Source of the DNA: Ptychomitrium polyphyllum | Taxonomy: Eukaryota | Assembly: GCA_973851085.1 (NCBI GenBank) | Contig: OZ316775.1 | Coordinates: 14,260,001 to 14,324,000 of the forward strand | DNA length: 64,000 nucleotides | Reading direction: 5' to 3' | Part shown: one piece after another, positions 12,116 to 24,893 of the stretch | Layout of the letters: each line of letters begins with the position of its first letter | How positions within the stretch are numbered: the stretch's first letter is position 1 | Program-made: the position numbers and the translations under genes | The notes under the pieces: model-generated | What the model saw: only the letters and a program-made list of their open reading frames with translations | Told to the model about the DNA's origin: nothing | Databases searched by the model: none

Positions 12116-15100
12116 TTACAAAGGCACGTCAGTTGGATAATCCTGCCGATGCCTCCCTACCGTTAATCTCAGTTCCTTCTCTTGCTGTCTCAAATTACTG
12201 GGAATGGTGTCATATACATCCGTGAACAAGTTTGCCAGGGGTTGCTTAATTCGAGGGCCTGCACGCTGCATAGCCGATATGACCTGTATCACCAGTTTAT
12301 GAAAAGGAATGCCAGTGAACAAGCCAATGCCAGCTCCAAGATTCGTTGAAATTCTCGCACTAATTAAGAGCCGCTTATGCAAATCAACGAAGAGAAAGAA
12401 ATGAATGTGCCCTTGCTTACAGACTAAGCAGGGTTGACCATAAAGATCTCATGATCAATTAGAAATTTCCAAGACGATTTGCAAAACATAAGAAAAATAA
12501 GAGGGAGGGCAATGTAAAGATAACCTCATTGCGTGTATCAGCTCGAAGCTTTTGATCTGCATTCGTGTCCCACCACCCTTCTCCTTCCAACCAACGTCTT
12601 AGACGCGCAACAGGGTCACGCATTGTTTTCCAGTGGTGCATCTCATCCCCCTTTCGGTACTTCCCTGAGTCATCTGAAGTTGAGTGATGGCCTACTCTAT
12701 AAGTCAATGCCTGCATCCAACTCAGTCAGGCAGCCGAAAGAAAATGGAAATGCCCGAAACCCAGGCAAGGTCACAGACTTGATCTACTCAACTTCTCAGG
12801 GTGCTCACAAAATCAATGAAAATGAAAAAAACGAAAGCGCCACCAGATCGTGAGCTTGACAAATGTGAACTTTCTTTAATGCCCAGGATATTACTGCTTG
12901 CTCTAATACCTCAATCAGGATAGGTCGACTTTCCTCAACAGCCATCTTTCGAGCAGCTTTGACTGTGGCATACACTGCTAAAGCATCGTTGCCATCAACA
13001 CGAAAGCTTCTCATGCCATATGCTTGACCTTTGGAAACCACCCCATCACCTACCCATACAACACAGCAGATCAAAACAAGAGATGAATGAAAGAAGAAAG
13101 GCATCGCAATGCATGGACCGCCGATCTAGATTTACCCTCGTATCTACAGGCTCTCCTTCTAAAAGAAGCATTAGAAAAGAATCTTACTCTTGAACTGCTC
13201 ATTTGCTGGCGTGCTGATGGCATACCCATTGTTACGGCATATAAAGAGAATGGGGACTTCTAGTACTGCTGCAAAATTCATCGCCCCATGAAAATCCCCC
13301 TGCAAGAAGACGGACACCTTTGAACCTCTGGCCCCAAAAATTGTAATTCACTAAATAAATGTATAGAAGTTACTAAAATTGTGTATTAGGTAGAAAAGGA
13401 CATACCTCACTTGTAGCACCTTCGCCGAAATAGGTTGCTGTACACAGCGGCTTCTGATCCATCTTGAAAGCATACGCCGCCCCAACCGCATGAGGAAGCT
13501 GCGTTCTGCAAGCAAAAGAGTTACATCAGTCAAGTCTATTTTTACACGTATTCTTAGTGCAGCAAACTCTGGTCCAAATGTGGTCCAGTAAGCAGACACG
13601 TAGGGCTTTTGAGATACCACAGAAGGATGGGTACTTCAAGAGCCTTAAACCCTAAGCACTGACGAAACACGTACTAAATGCCCATAGTGAATACGTCGGA
13701 TGTCAGAGATCTACGTGCAATATCGTGTAGAGTATATCCCAGCAGCAACGCCTAACAATGTCAAAACGTGAATTTAGCGCTTGAAGGATCGATGAGAACT
13801 CACGCAATAGGCGATGAAACAGTGGCGTAGTTGAGCTTTGCTGAGCCATAGTGAACTGGCATCTGACGACCCTTGCCATAGTCGAGGTCATTCGAGAAAC
13901 ACTGATTGGCAAACTCATTAAGAGTAAAACCCCGCCACATCAGCACGCCTGGTTCTCGATACTGCACCAATTCACACCACAGAAAAATGTAGTCAATCAA
14001 TTGAACCATGCCCGAATATCGCAACATGGATCGCAATACAAAAACAGCCCAATTTGAGTACCAAAGCTTGTAGCATATATTGTAGTCATCTGTACATGCC
14101 ATGCAGAAGACGCCTAACCACAATTTACCTGAGCATAAACCATATCGTCGTCACTTAGCGCTGCTGCGGACGCAATAGAGATAGCTTCCTCTCCAAACGA
14201 GGTCAAGTAAAACGAGAACCGGCCTTGCCGCTGGGCTTCGAAGAACAAAGAGTCCATGGTCTGAAGGGTCACCATGTTCAGGTAGATCTTGAGTATAAGA
14301 GATTCGTCCACCTGCACGATACCCCTCACATATCCACAAAACCTAGCATCAGGTGCTTGATTTATCCAAACAGTAATATACAGAAAGAACAGAAAATGTA
14401 ATCGTCGTAACAAAAGAAAATCCAGCAAACATGCCCCATTGTAGCCTCTACCAACCTCCGGCATGTGAGAATCCTTCATCCGGCGCCCATACTCGTCCAA
14501 AATCCGAAAACAGGGCACGGGCTCCTCAGGAGCCTCTGGCACATGCTTGAGTTTGTAGGTAAACCCTGCTTTCGCTCCTGGAAAATCGTGAAACTGCGCA
14601 TACAAAAGAACTCCACATCACATAGTTGCGGAATTTTCAGTCCAACACACAATCCACTACCAAGGGTTAGGCAACTGTTTTCACCTCATTCATTCAAATA
14701 ACCTTATAACCTCCTAACACCACCTCGTCTCCCCTCAATACACAAAATTCCAATCCAAGACCAGAGAACAGGACTAATTCTACTCACAAATTCCTATAAC
14801 CTTCTTCAACCGGATCGAAACACATCACAACTCGGCTACAGAGAATAATCTGCAATTGCTCTGTAGCGAGAAACGCGACCCACTTCTTGTTCCGACCCCC
14901 ATTAAGTATTAAAATTTCTGGTACTGACAATCCATTGACGACCTCAAAATAGCATAAACAGTCTCACCAAAAGATCACACAGAACGAAATGATCTCTTAA
15001 CTTGCTGAGTGAGGATAGCGTGAGCATCAGATGGACTTAACCTCATCTTGGTTGCTGTCACTCTCATCACCACTGCTGGAGCCAGAGCAGAACCGGCGCT

Positions 15101-15236
15101 GGGGAATCACAGCAGAGGAGATGCGACATGGCGATGGCAGAAGAGGATGTCTAGCTTGCAGAGAAGATGGCGACGGATGGTGAAGCAGGCTGGAGATCAA
15201 TCGCGTCCAGCTCGAGCTCAGCCTCGGGGCTTTCAT
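12116..15236 (-). CDS. BCKDHA: Mitochondrial branched-chain 2-oxoacid dehydrogenase E1 alpha; exons 15236-15042, 14593-14456, 14311-14129, 13961-13804, 13505-13406, 13299-13188, 13049-12910, 12710-12525, 12283-12116
   Basis: Motifs [44 protein letters not shown]...[10 protein letters not shown] (ThDP-binding) and [13 protein letters not shown]; Arg/Ser-rich transit peptide; nine GT-AG exons in consistent phase. Confidence 0.96.
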
Positions 15237-16291
15237 GGTGAGATGAGACTACGAAGAATCACTCCTCCACGAGATGGACGCAACGAAGCTCCGCGACTGT
15301 GAAACAAAGTTTGGAGTTTTAGGAATTTAGACAATCCAGATGGTGAGGACTCATTTCGAGAAAAGGACAATGCCCCAGATCATCGTCGCTGTCCCCAAAA
15401 ATCTACCAAATCTGTACCGAAACTGCACATTTGAGACCATGGAGTCTTTGAAAGGCAAGATAGTAACTGTTTCGGGTGTGTGATTCTTGGTCATGACGAT
15501 GGATGGTTTGTCCAACAATTCGCAGGTGGGTCACGACCCTGACAAGGTGGATCTGCCTGCCACGCCGGATTCTGACTGGACGGTGAGTCAACTCGCACTT
15601 TTCTCAAATATACATTGCTGCGCATGAGATAGAAGCACCTATTTCCGGTAGTCTTAGAAGTTTAAGGATTATATAGATTGCCAAATTCATTGGGGGTGCT
15701 CCCATTCTAGTGGAGTTATTGCTACAAATTTTTGGCATTCCTATGAATACACCTCTCCCAGGTGTGTGATTTCATTATTTCATGTTATTGAAGCGAATTG
15801 AACTAAAGCTTGAGGCCATCTATGCACTCAACCACCTCATCAATTTTGACTTCCTCGTCCATTTGTTCGTTGCCACTTGCATTCGCTGTGATTTATTGTT
15901 GCTTTCTCCTATTCCAAGGCAAAAGTGAGTTCTTCTAATTAGTGAAGAATGTTGTGAAATAAAGGTCGAACAAGTAATTAAAAGCATTGCTCATTTCATG
16001 TAGCTCATTTTGTCAAAGTTTACATTATCCAGAAACACGATCCTGATTTTCTAGGATTTCAAATGAGAACTCCGTTTGCCCAGACCAATTTGGACCTGGC
16101 AAAAATATGAGTTACTTCCATTTACAAGCGACCTAAAGCTCAACCTTTGCAGCAATGTATTCACGTATACACATTTCGACCTAACCAAGTTTATAACAAG
16201 GTGTTAACACAAAGTTGACCACTTCGTGAGACCATGAATTTCGACAAATACCCAAAACCATATATGACCAGTCTTCAACCTACAGAAAGGG

Positions 16292-19200
16292 TCAAGCAGA
16301 GTCGTTGAGAAATGGCGCTGATCGCAGTAATCTCTCAACTTCATCATTTGCCTCTGCTTGCAACCTCCATGTCTGCCACAACATATTCTTGCCATTAGGC
16401 TTCTGGTTATTACGTTCGATCCTGGAGTTATACATCCAACGTAAATCTAAAAGTTTTTGTCAAAAGAACCATAAGATAAAGAGCAGTTGATAACGGATTA
16501 TGCTAGACAGAAAGAGCAACAGTCCCACGACCATTTTAGGCAGATACTAGACCTAGAGCTCGTATTGTCAACAATAAGCAAGAATTTGAAAACCCGACTG
16601 CAACGAAGTTGCAGCATGCAGCTAACCTTTTGAAGATCCTCAACTTCCATGAGTCGCTCAATTTGCTCTGCTATGGCCTGTCACCATTCATAACAATTAA
16701 AACAGCCCACGTAAATACGTACCGCTTTGTAATGAAGTTAACAAGATCCACATTTCGCTCGTACAAGCCAAAATGAATTATGTGTTGAGATTTATTACCT
16801 CTTTCGCAGAACATCTAATTCATCTAAACATAACTAACCAACTATTTTGTGGTGTGCAACGCGTTTGAAAAAATGACGAAGTTACAAAGTTATGACTTAC
16901 AGTAGCACCGGCACCCTCTGCAGCCAGCACATCAATATCCATTTCCACCTCGATCTCTATCATTGAGGCTATCTGAATAGCCACAACACAACACTTACGG
17001 TAAGAACAAAAAAGGGGAAGCAAACCTCCATCATAAGTAGAGAACGACTTACATAAATGTTTCAAGCAGAAGCAGAGGGTTCGACTGAAAGGACCAAGCA
17101 TTCTTGAAAGGGACAGTTATGATGCTAAACCTCCAAAAAAGTCTACGTAGTACCTTTGCATAGCTATAAATAAGTTCCAGCCGAGCTTCGAGTCGCTCAT
17201 CCAAAGTTTCTCGTGCCTTCTGCACTCTCTCCATACGTGCACTGAAAAAGCAAATCGAATCACCAATTTAAACAGTAGTAAGAACGTGCACAATTCTCGA
17301 CATTCGTTCCCAGCATATATCAAAGCAGTTTTTTATACATTTTAATCCGATAGATAAGTCATTACAACTGTTCTCACATATAACTTAGTGACTACAAACT
17401 CACTGCCAACAAACTTAAGGTAAGCGGCCAGCAGACGGACTGTCAAATACCTGTATGCAGGTTCGTTCACAGCTTCCATCTTGTTCTGTAATTGGCACAT
17501 ACGGGCCAGCATTCTAACCTGAATAATGAGAAACAGAGAAGCCTCAATATGATGTTTAAGCTCACTACAAGTACAAATCTCTAAACTATCGCTAAAACTG
17601 CACATTTAATATGCCCATCCACTATCAAAATATGCCCGGCTTGTGCTTCATACGAAATGGATGTGGTTTCATTCTTTTGAAAAGGCTGTCACAAATATAA
17701 CAATGAAACAACCTGATTTACAAAAGTTGAGAAATTTGTAGAAACTGATACAGTCAAGAGAATAGTAGCGTACATCATTAGAAGCTTCTTGTGTCAGACC
17801 CTGAAGTCGGGCTTGCAGTCCCTCGTGTTGCGCCAGAAGCTGTTGCCGGAGCGCCAAAGCATCTACTGTTCTTTGTGGCAACTGCACTATACCCGTTTCA
17901 TAAGTTACATAAACGCTATAGACTAACCATATAAGAGTTCTGAACCACAATATATGGCTGAAATTAATCTGAAACTCAAAGAACAACAGATCTTTCTATC
18001 ATTAAATAATGTCCATGTAGAAAGTTTAGAAACTACTCTCCTACCCTGACAGTATCAAAATCTTCAAACAGTAAAGGACGTTAAAGAGATTGAGTTGCTG
18101 CAGTCTCTCAGTATCTCAACTGTTATTTGGAACTTCTAACAAGTGGTCGATGGAAATTCAGCAAATATATGAATGCATAGAAAGACGCAGGAAATGCACC
18201 TGATTAAGGCGAGGCAGAACAAACGCATTAGTAGCACCTCCTATTGCAACTGCTGTCGCAGTCCCAATAGCTATTGCTCGAGGAAGAGAAGGATCTATAA
18301 GAGCTGTTGCCGCATCACTACTCGCAAAGAGAAGAGCCGCAGGTATAATAAAAGAAGCATCGAAAGCTGCTCCACTCCCAGATTTTGGTGGTGGCCGAGA
18401 AAGCATGGAAACACGACCTGTAACGTGATTCGTTACAGCCATTGGTTCACTGGGCCTCCACCCAGGAGTTCTGGCACTAATTTTGAGGGGACCAATGCCC
18501 CGACCTACATTTGCAGGAGCTGCTGAAATTATAGTGACCCGCTCTCCTTCCTGAGCTGGAATATCAGCACTTTCGGTTGCACAACGATGTGAGCGAGCAA
18601 GGCCATCTGGAGCACGGACCTGAGGCACGTAATGCAAATATCCTCTTATCAATGAGTTCTCTGAATCCTCTATACAGTCCAAAGTATTCAAAGAGAACTT
18701 CCTTGAAAGAGAGAAGAAAAGGCATATTTTTCCAAATAATAGTAGGTCCAAACAATGCCAGTATTGACACGCAGGAAGGAAGACTTGCAAGAGTAGCTCT
18801 ACCATTCCTACGTCTATTACCTCCATTATCTTCTTAACCCTTAAAAGGTCTCTTGGGAACAGTAGGTACACTAGCCTATTTTTGAATCAGTAGAAGTCCA
18901 TGGTAACTAATGAAATATCAAAACTCAGTTAGTTGGACTGCTTACCACTATTGAATGTACAGCTCCAGGGAGTGGCCGATTTAGCAACTTCAAAAATCGT
19001 AAGCCCCGTTCAAGGACAGAAATGTTCATGCTGCCATTTTGTTGACATTAGGTAATGCCATTAGCAAAACATCCTTATTCTCAAAGAGCTTGCACTTATA
19101 CTAGAGATTATAGAGGAATCAAGTTGATAAGCTTCTAAATAGTGACTTCGCGTTAACATTTTTAAGATCTTCAGTTGGATGCACCAAAGTCAATACGATC

Positions 19201-21486
19201 ATCCCTTTTTATTCGCTATTTCGTTTAACTCGCATCTCATTTATCCAAAATTCTTGGGAGAAAATGGAAAGCATATTGTCATTATACAATACAAAGTTTC
19301 AGCGAGGCTACTCACCTAATGGACTCCGATTCACAATCCACGACAGTACCAGACATCAACTCATACTGGTACCGACATTTTGCGCATGGAGCAACCTGTC
19401 CACCATCCCACTATCTAGGTCAACCCCAAGAGCTCCTTCAAAAAGACTCTAACCTCAAACTCGGATCAAAAGAAGAGTACTGCAATAATAACAAGAAGCT
19501 AATCACAGTGCTTAGTGAAAATACCTTCAAAAACATTGTAGTCTTATTCTATAGGAATTTACATGATAAAAACTAATTAGCCACAAAATTGTCCGTACTC
19601 TAGAACCTACATATTCCTACTATTCATTTTCAACTGTCAAGAGGAAAAAAAACAGAACAGCCATGGATAAAATGGGAGGATCACCCTAAACCTGAACACC
19701 TTGCTGAGGTTGGACGACAGCAAGTGCGGTTCTGCAAGTAGGGCAGTTGACAACTTTACCAAAGGGAACCTGCACACCCCATCTAAACCCTACGTTTGAG
19801 AAATTACAAATTGCGACGTTGCTTACTTCTAGCAGATACGAGTATTGCTACTCGAGTATTGCACGCATCGGAATTTTGCAAGGAAGGAAACCCCTAATTT
19901 CAAAAAATATGTAACACTTGACAACCACTGAGGACTTATCAATGACTGAAGCACTTGACAATCTAATGCTAGGTAAGAGTACCTCATCTCCAGCTGGAAC
20001 ACCACGGCGTCGAACATCTGCCACTACTTCTATAGCATCTGCGACTCGCAACGAGGCTGCTAATCCTCTTACAAGTGTAGCATATGTGTTCACATTGGGC
20101 TGCGCCAACCGCCAACCTTCAACAGACGATCCTCTCTCTGTCAAATACATACGCAGTCACTACAACGTTCATCCCTCTCCAATTGAAAGTTACACATACT
20201 CTTCAGAACTGCGAGAATCTTCGAAGTAAACACAGCACATTACCACTACCAAATAAGTGGTGCTTTTGAATCTGTTAGAGCAGAAAACATGGTGGGCATC
20301 CACATATCACATGTTCGCTATTTACCCCAGCTGATTCATAGGCCTAACTGTCACATTTCCAGCACCCGTGTGGATCCGTCACGCTTTAAGAAGGGAATGC
20401 TCCATCGTTTGGCGCTCAATACATGCCTAACGTCACATTCTTAATACTTAGATTAAATATCACTAACCGCAACAAGAGGCACATCGTAAAACCGGCTGAA
20501 TTTGATGTTGCATCTCATCAATTGTCAGAATGCTGAAAGAGAGTGAAAATACGGCGAGCGTTACCATCTCGATCGACTCGACGTTGGATGACACTGCTAC
20601 GCATGGCTTTCAATATAGAGAAAGCAAGCTCGCTGTTCCCTAGCGCTAGTGCGTCCAATATGAGCTTCGAACATTCTTGATTACCCACCACGCCACCCGA
20701 GATGCCAGACCTTTCGGCAATCATCTCCAAAGCCGCGCCCGCATCGGTCGCCATGGCTACTTGCCTTCTAAACCCCGCATCCCCTAACCCTACGCCCAAA
20801 TCACTCGCCTTTGCCTGCGACGTCCTTGCACGTCCACCAGACGAAGCCCCAGAATTCTCCATAAGCCTCTCAGTTGCAGACTCTAATATCTTCCCCATGT
20901 TGTCCATGTTCTCGCTCAATGAAGGTTGCGCTCTTTCCCCGCTCGTTTCGTTCTCCACATCGCTACTTCCTCGTTCAGAACCAGATTCTTGAATCTCAAA
21001 GGCGTCCTCATCCCTACCCATGCGACTCTTCCCACCGACCCAATTCTCGGACTCCACATTCGAATCCTCCACGTTATTGAATCTCCCGCCCACATTGTCA
21101 ACTTGCGTGCCAGCCTCATCACCGGCCGCGAAAGACAAAACCTCATTCCCACTCTGCCTCCGAAACATAGCCCAAGATCCTGCAAAAGCATGCACCCAAC
21201 TATGCTCGCCCATTTGCTTCCCTCTTCCAGATATGCACCCCAGCTGTACTCCTCCGTTTCCCAACCTCCTGCCACTTCGGAAGCTCCTCACAGGCCCGCA
21301 CTCCGACTTGGACTCCAGACACGCCAGACACACATTGCGCCCAGCGAAACTCTGCAGCGCCATCCTGTCCCTCTCTCTTAAGAGGTCACCGGGCTCCAAT
21401 CGAGCTAGCTCTTGATGAATTCCGCCATTGAATCGAGCTGATGACGCCGCAGCGCACACACTCGGCCCTGATAGCACACTGGCCAT
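16292..21486 (-). CDS. At1g64430-like putative plastid protein (PPR/TPR-like helices, CxxC pairs, TM segments, coiled coil); about 12 exons: 21486-20565, 20137-19983, 19769-19692, 19395-19316, 19030-18946, 18619-18200, 17881-17774, 17518-17451, 17241-17154, 16972-16901, 16677-16627, 16372-16292
   Basis: Spliced product includes VPFGKVVNCPTC...VAPCAKCRYQYELMSG, VRAPDGLARSHRCATE, VRMLARMCQLQNK, IASMIEIEVEMD and WRLQAEANDEVERLL, recalled as conserved in At1g64430 homologs; transit-like N-terminus. Confidence 0.82.
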
Positions 21487-23176
21487 TCCGCTTCATCGCC
21501 TCATCCTTCTCAAACTCCAGACAACCTCACAGAAACTCAACCACAGCTTGAACCCGGAAAGCCACACAAGCTCCTCAAGGATCCCCCAGATGGCTTGAGC
21601 ACCCACAAACTTGAGAACAAAATTCTACTTCCTGCAATTGCAATGCCGTTCCAAAACACAAACCTCCAGTGATGAGTTCTCGAGAGCACTGCCTGGTATC
21701 TGCGGCGAGTGGTCACATTGGCTGCTGCCATATCCAACATCCTGCTCATGATATGTAATCAGGATGAAGATGATACATCCACCTTTTATCACATGTCACA
21801 GACTTCGAAGTTTGGTTCATAGCACAAAATAACTCTCAACCTCGAATCTCCTTCCATCCAACTGCAGCCGCTCCGGTGCTGATTTCATAGCTCTGGATTC
21901 GGTCCATAAATCATGATTTCTCTAATGTAACTGAATCTTCGGCTATCACTGGTGTTATCTTGGTCAGATAAAAACAGGTTTTTCCAAGTGTTTTTCGAGT
22001 GTGGATGAGATATAAGCTTTTAATGAGTGTTTTGTCATCCTTCTTATGAAGTGGTTGAGCTTGATCTCTCCACTCTTGGCTGAGTGCTTGAGGCGGCAAA
22101 CAGGTGGTTTACATGCCTTTTGAGTCGAAGAGACAAATTAGAAGCGGTACTGATGGAGTTTTGTGATTTCACCTTCAGGAATCAACTTCTTCAACTTCTT
22201 CATGCAGTCATTCTGTTACTCGACACTTCCTGTACTAAAGATGACTTTTCTGGATATAGAATGCATTTGGACCAACTCCTCAAATCAGGTATATTATGAA
22301 CTTACCTATGTGAAGCACAATACTGTTGTTCAAAGCTTAGCATCCTTCACAGACCACTCTAAACAACCTTTTGCTGAGGTACAACTCTATTGTTAAAATC
22401 TTGTTCAACTAATGATTGAAGGAGTTTTTCAGTCAAGTGCCTTCATGCAGTCAATCCCATATGCCCTCAATTGCATTTATTGTTCATTTGGTACTTTCAG
22501 CATTTATTGTTGAGTTCGTACTTATCAAAAAAGTGAGCGTGAGTTGTTTCAGTGACTTGAAATGGTAAATTAGCAGGAAGAAATATTGAAAATCAGAAAT
22601 GAGTTGTGAAGAAAAGTATCTTAGTGATTAGGATACAAGTTGATTGAACTCTTTGTAGAAAACTTGAACATGTACTTGATCATGTACTTCTGAGCAATTG
22701 TGATACCATCAGCTACTTATATCAATTCAAGGATGCATGGAAGTTCTATTTCGTGGTCATGAGTATAATGATAAGAATCTCAATGGCACCCTAATTTGAA
22801 TGCAGTCGGATGCAGGAATGTTATAAAAAATTCACCTGAACGCTACGATTCTATGCTTCCTGTTGTGTACTAATGCCTAATAGAATTTGTTCACATACTT
22901 ATAAGCTTCACTGGAGTGAGTGCAATCTCTAATTGGAACAGGTGGAATTCATGGATTCTTCGTGCAACCCTAATCTGAAGAGAGAAAATTTTCATCACCT
23001 CCACAGAGGAATGACGCTCGCATATGTGCAGATCATCAGGAGCATGATCTATAAGGTGAGCTTGAAAATATTATCAATGTACAAAGAACTCACTGTCATT
23101 ACCTTCTAATGATTGTTAAATCAAAGAGAGACAACTATATGTGCGGATTGTCCACAAGGTTGAAGATGTTCACTGT

Positions 23177-23210
23177 TTGTGTGTGTGTGTGTGTGTCTGT
23201 ATCTGTGTGT
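23177..23210. repeat. (GT)n microsatellite in the probable 5' UTR intron of the carrier gene
   Basis: gtgtgtgt... run ending at a tgtag acceptor-like site near 23212. Confidence 0.8.
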
Positions 23211-23314
23211 AGGACATCATACATTCAAGCAGATGCCAGACATTCTTCACTGACACGATGAGACCTTGATGATGAACATCTTGGCTCAGAGCATACTCTC
23301 AAAGAAGGGAAAGC

Positions 23315-24451
23315 ATGAGTGCTCGTCTGGTGGAAGTGGGGAAGGATTTAACGGCAGGCACCATGGCTGGAATTGCCCAGTTGCTGGTTGGCCACCCTTT
23401 TGACACAGTGAAGGTGAAGCTGCAATCCCAGATGGCAGAAATGAGCAACCAACCCCCAAAATACACCGGCGCCTTCGATGCCGTTAAGAAGATTATGGCC
23501 AACGAGGGCCCAAAGGGCTTATACCGCGGCCTTAGTGCCCCCTTAGCCACTGTTGCATTATTCAACGCTGTTCTGTTCACTGCAAGGGGCCAAATGGAAG
23601 CCCTTTTGTTGCATAACAAAAAGCCTTACACAACTCTCAGCGTTCCTCAGCAAATGGTGGCCGGGGCCGGTGCTGGCGTTGCAGTTTCCTTTGTTGCATG
23701 TCCTACAGAACTCGTTAAGTGCAGGCTTCAAGCACAGAGCACATCAGAAGCTGCACCACAGTCTGTGCTACCTCCAGAGGAAGAGAATAAAATACCAGAA
23801 AATAATCAAACAACGCCGCAAGAAATCATTATAACCCGAACTCTTGTCAACCCTAACCCACTTTCAAACGAGCAAGGAGACATAGGATTGAGTCCCTTGG
23901 TGATTGACCATGATACCCCAGAACTAGAAAATATTGCTGGTGATCTTGAAGCTGCTACAGTTTCTAGAGATCAAGAGCTCCCCACTTCCACCCTAGCTCA
24001 CAAGTATGATGGCTCCCTGGATGTGGCAATGCAGATATATCACCGTGAAGGAGGTTTTTTCGGATTTTTCAAGGGATTGTCACCCACATTTTTACGAGAA
24101 GTGTTTGGTAATGCGGCTTACTTCGGTTCGTATCAAGGTACAAAGCAGTTATTGTCGAGAGGAGGCACTGGGGAGAATCTGACCACAGGCTCCTTGTTAG
24201 TGGCGGGCGGCGTTGCAGGAGCTATGTTCTGGCTTCTGGTTTATCCTGCAGATGTCATCAAGAGCACGATCCAGGTAGATGACTATCAGAATCCCAAGTA
24301 TACGAGTACGTATGATGCGTTTAGGAAGGTGTTCAAGTCTCAGGGCATGAAAGGGTTGTACTGTGGGTTTGGGACAGCTATGGCAAGAAGCGTCCTCGCC
24401 AATGCTGTCTGTTTCTTTGTGTACGAGCTTGTCCGAAGGGCATTTAAGTGA
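23315..24451 (+). CDS. BOU: Mitochondrial carrier (SLC25), carnitine/acylcarnitine carrier-like, A BOUT DE SOUFFLE type; single coding exon
   Basis: Three PX[DE]XX[KR] signatures (HPFDTVK, CPTELVK, YPADVIK); KDLTAGT-AGIAQLLVGHPFDTVKVKLQSQ and QVDDYQNPKY are typical of plant BOU. Confidence 0.9.
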   Translation: MSARLVEVGKDLTAGTMAGIAQLLVGHPFDTVKVKLQSQMAEMSNQPPKYTGAFDAVKKIMANEGPKGLYRGLSAPLATVALFNAVLFTARGQMEALLLHNKKPYTTLSVPQQMVAGAGAGVAVSFVACPTELVKCRLQAQSTSEAAPQSVLPPEEENKIPENNQTTPQEIIITRTLVNPNPLSNEQGDIGLSPLVIDHDTPELENIAGDLEAATVSRDQELPTSTLAHKYDGSLDVAMQIYHREGGFFGFFKGLSPTFLREVFGNAAYFGSYQGTKQLLSRGGTGENLTTGSLLVAGGVAGAMFWLLVYPADVIKSTIQVDDYQNPKYTSTYDAFRKVFKSQGMKGLYCGFGTAMARSVLANAVCFFVYELVRRAFK

Positions 24452-24893
24452 AAACTTAATCATAGAGATACAGATGTATAAAATGGTTTCTTTTCCTTGT
24501 CCTTGTTGAATTGTATGTAAGAATCTCCTTCCCTGCAAATAAGACACTCCATCCACACAAGTGCTAACAATAATAATGATCCTATCACTCTCCCGGCAAT
24601 CGACAATTAAGAGGGAAAATACTCACGTAATCAAAGTTTATAGAGCTCACAAAGCAGACAACACACTAAGCAAGGTTGCCTCTCAACCTCTACATTCCAT
24701 TAGAAATGAAAGAAAGAGCATCAGTTTCATCTTATGCTGATACAGAACCACCGCATGCACTACGGTCTTTTAAGAAACGGTTGACTAACATTTTATAAAA
24801 TAGATCACAAATAATGGTTGATGAATTATGTAAGTTGAATGTTGGTGTTATATAGGAGGGAAAATATTCCACAATAGTAAATAGAAACTAAAA

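Noticed and set aside
13406..13430. GEG instead of GDG in the ThDP motif of BCKDH E1-alpha
   Set aside because: GEG is a normal variant in BCKDH E1-alpha subunits
20702..21415. Several plus-strand and alternate-frame ORFs (96-151 aa)
   Set aside because: Shadows of the GC-rich first exon of the At1g64430-like gene
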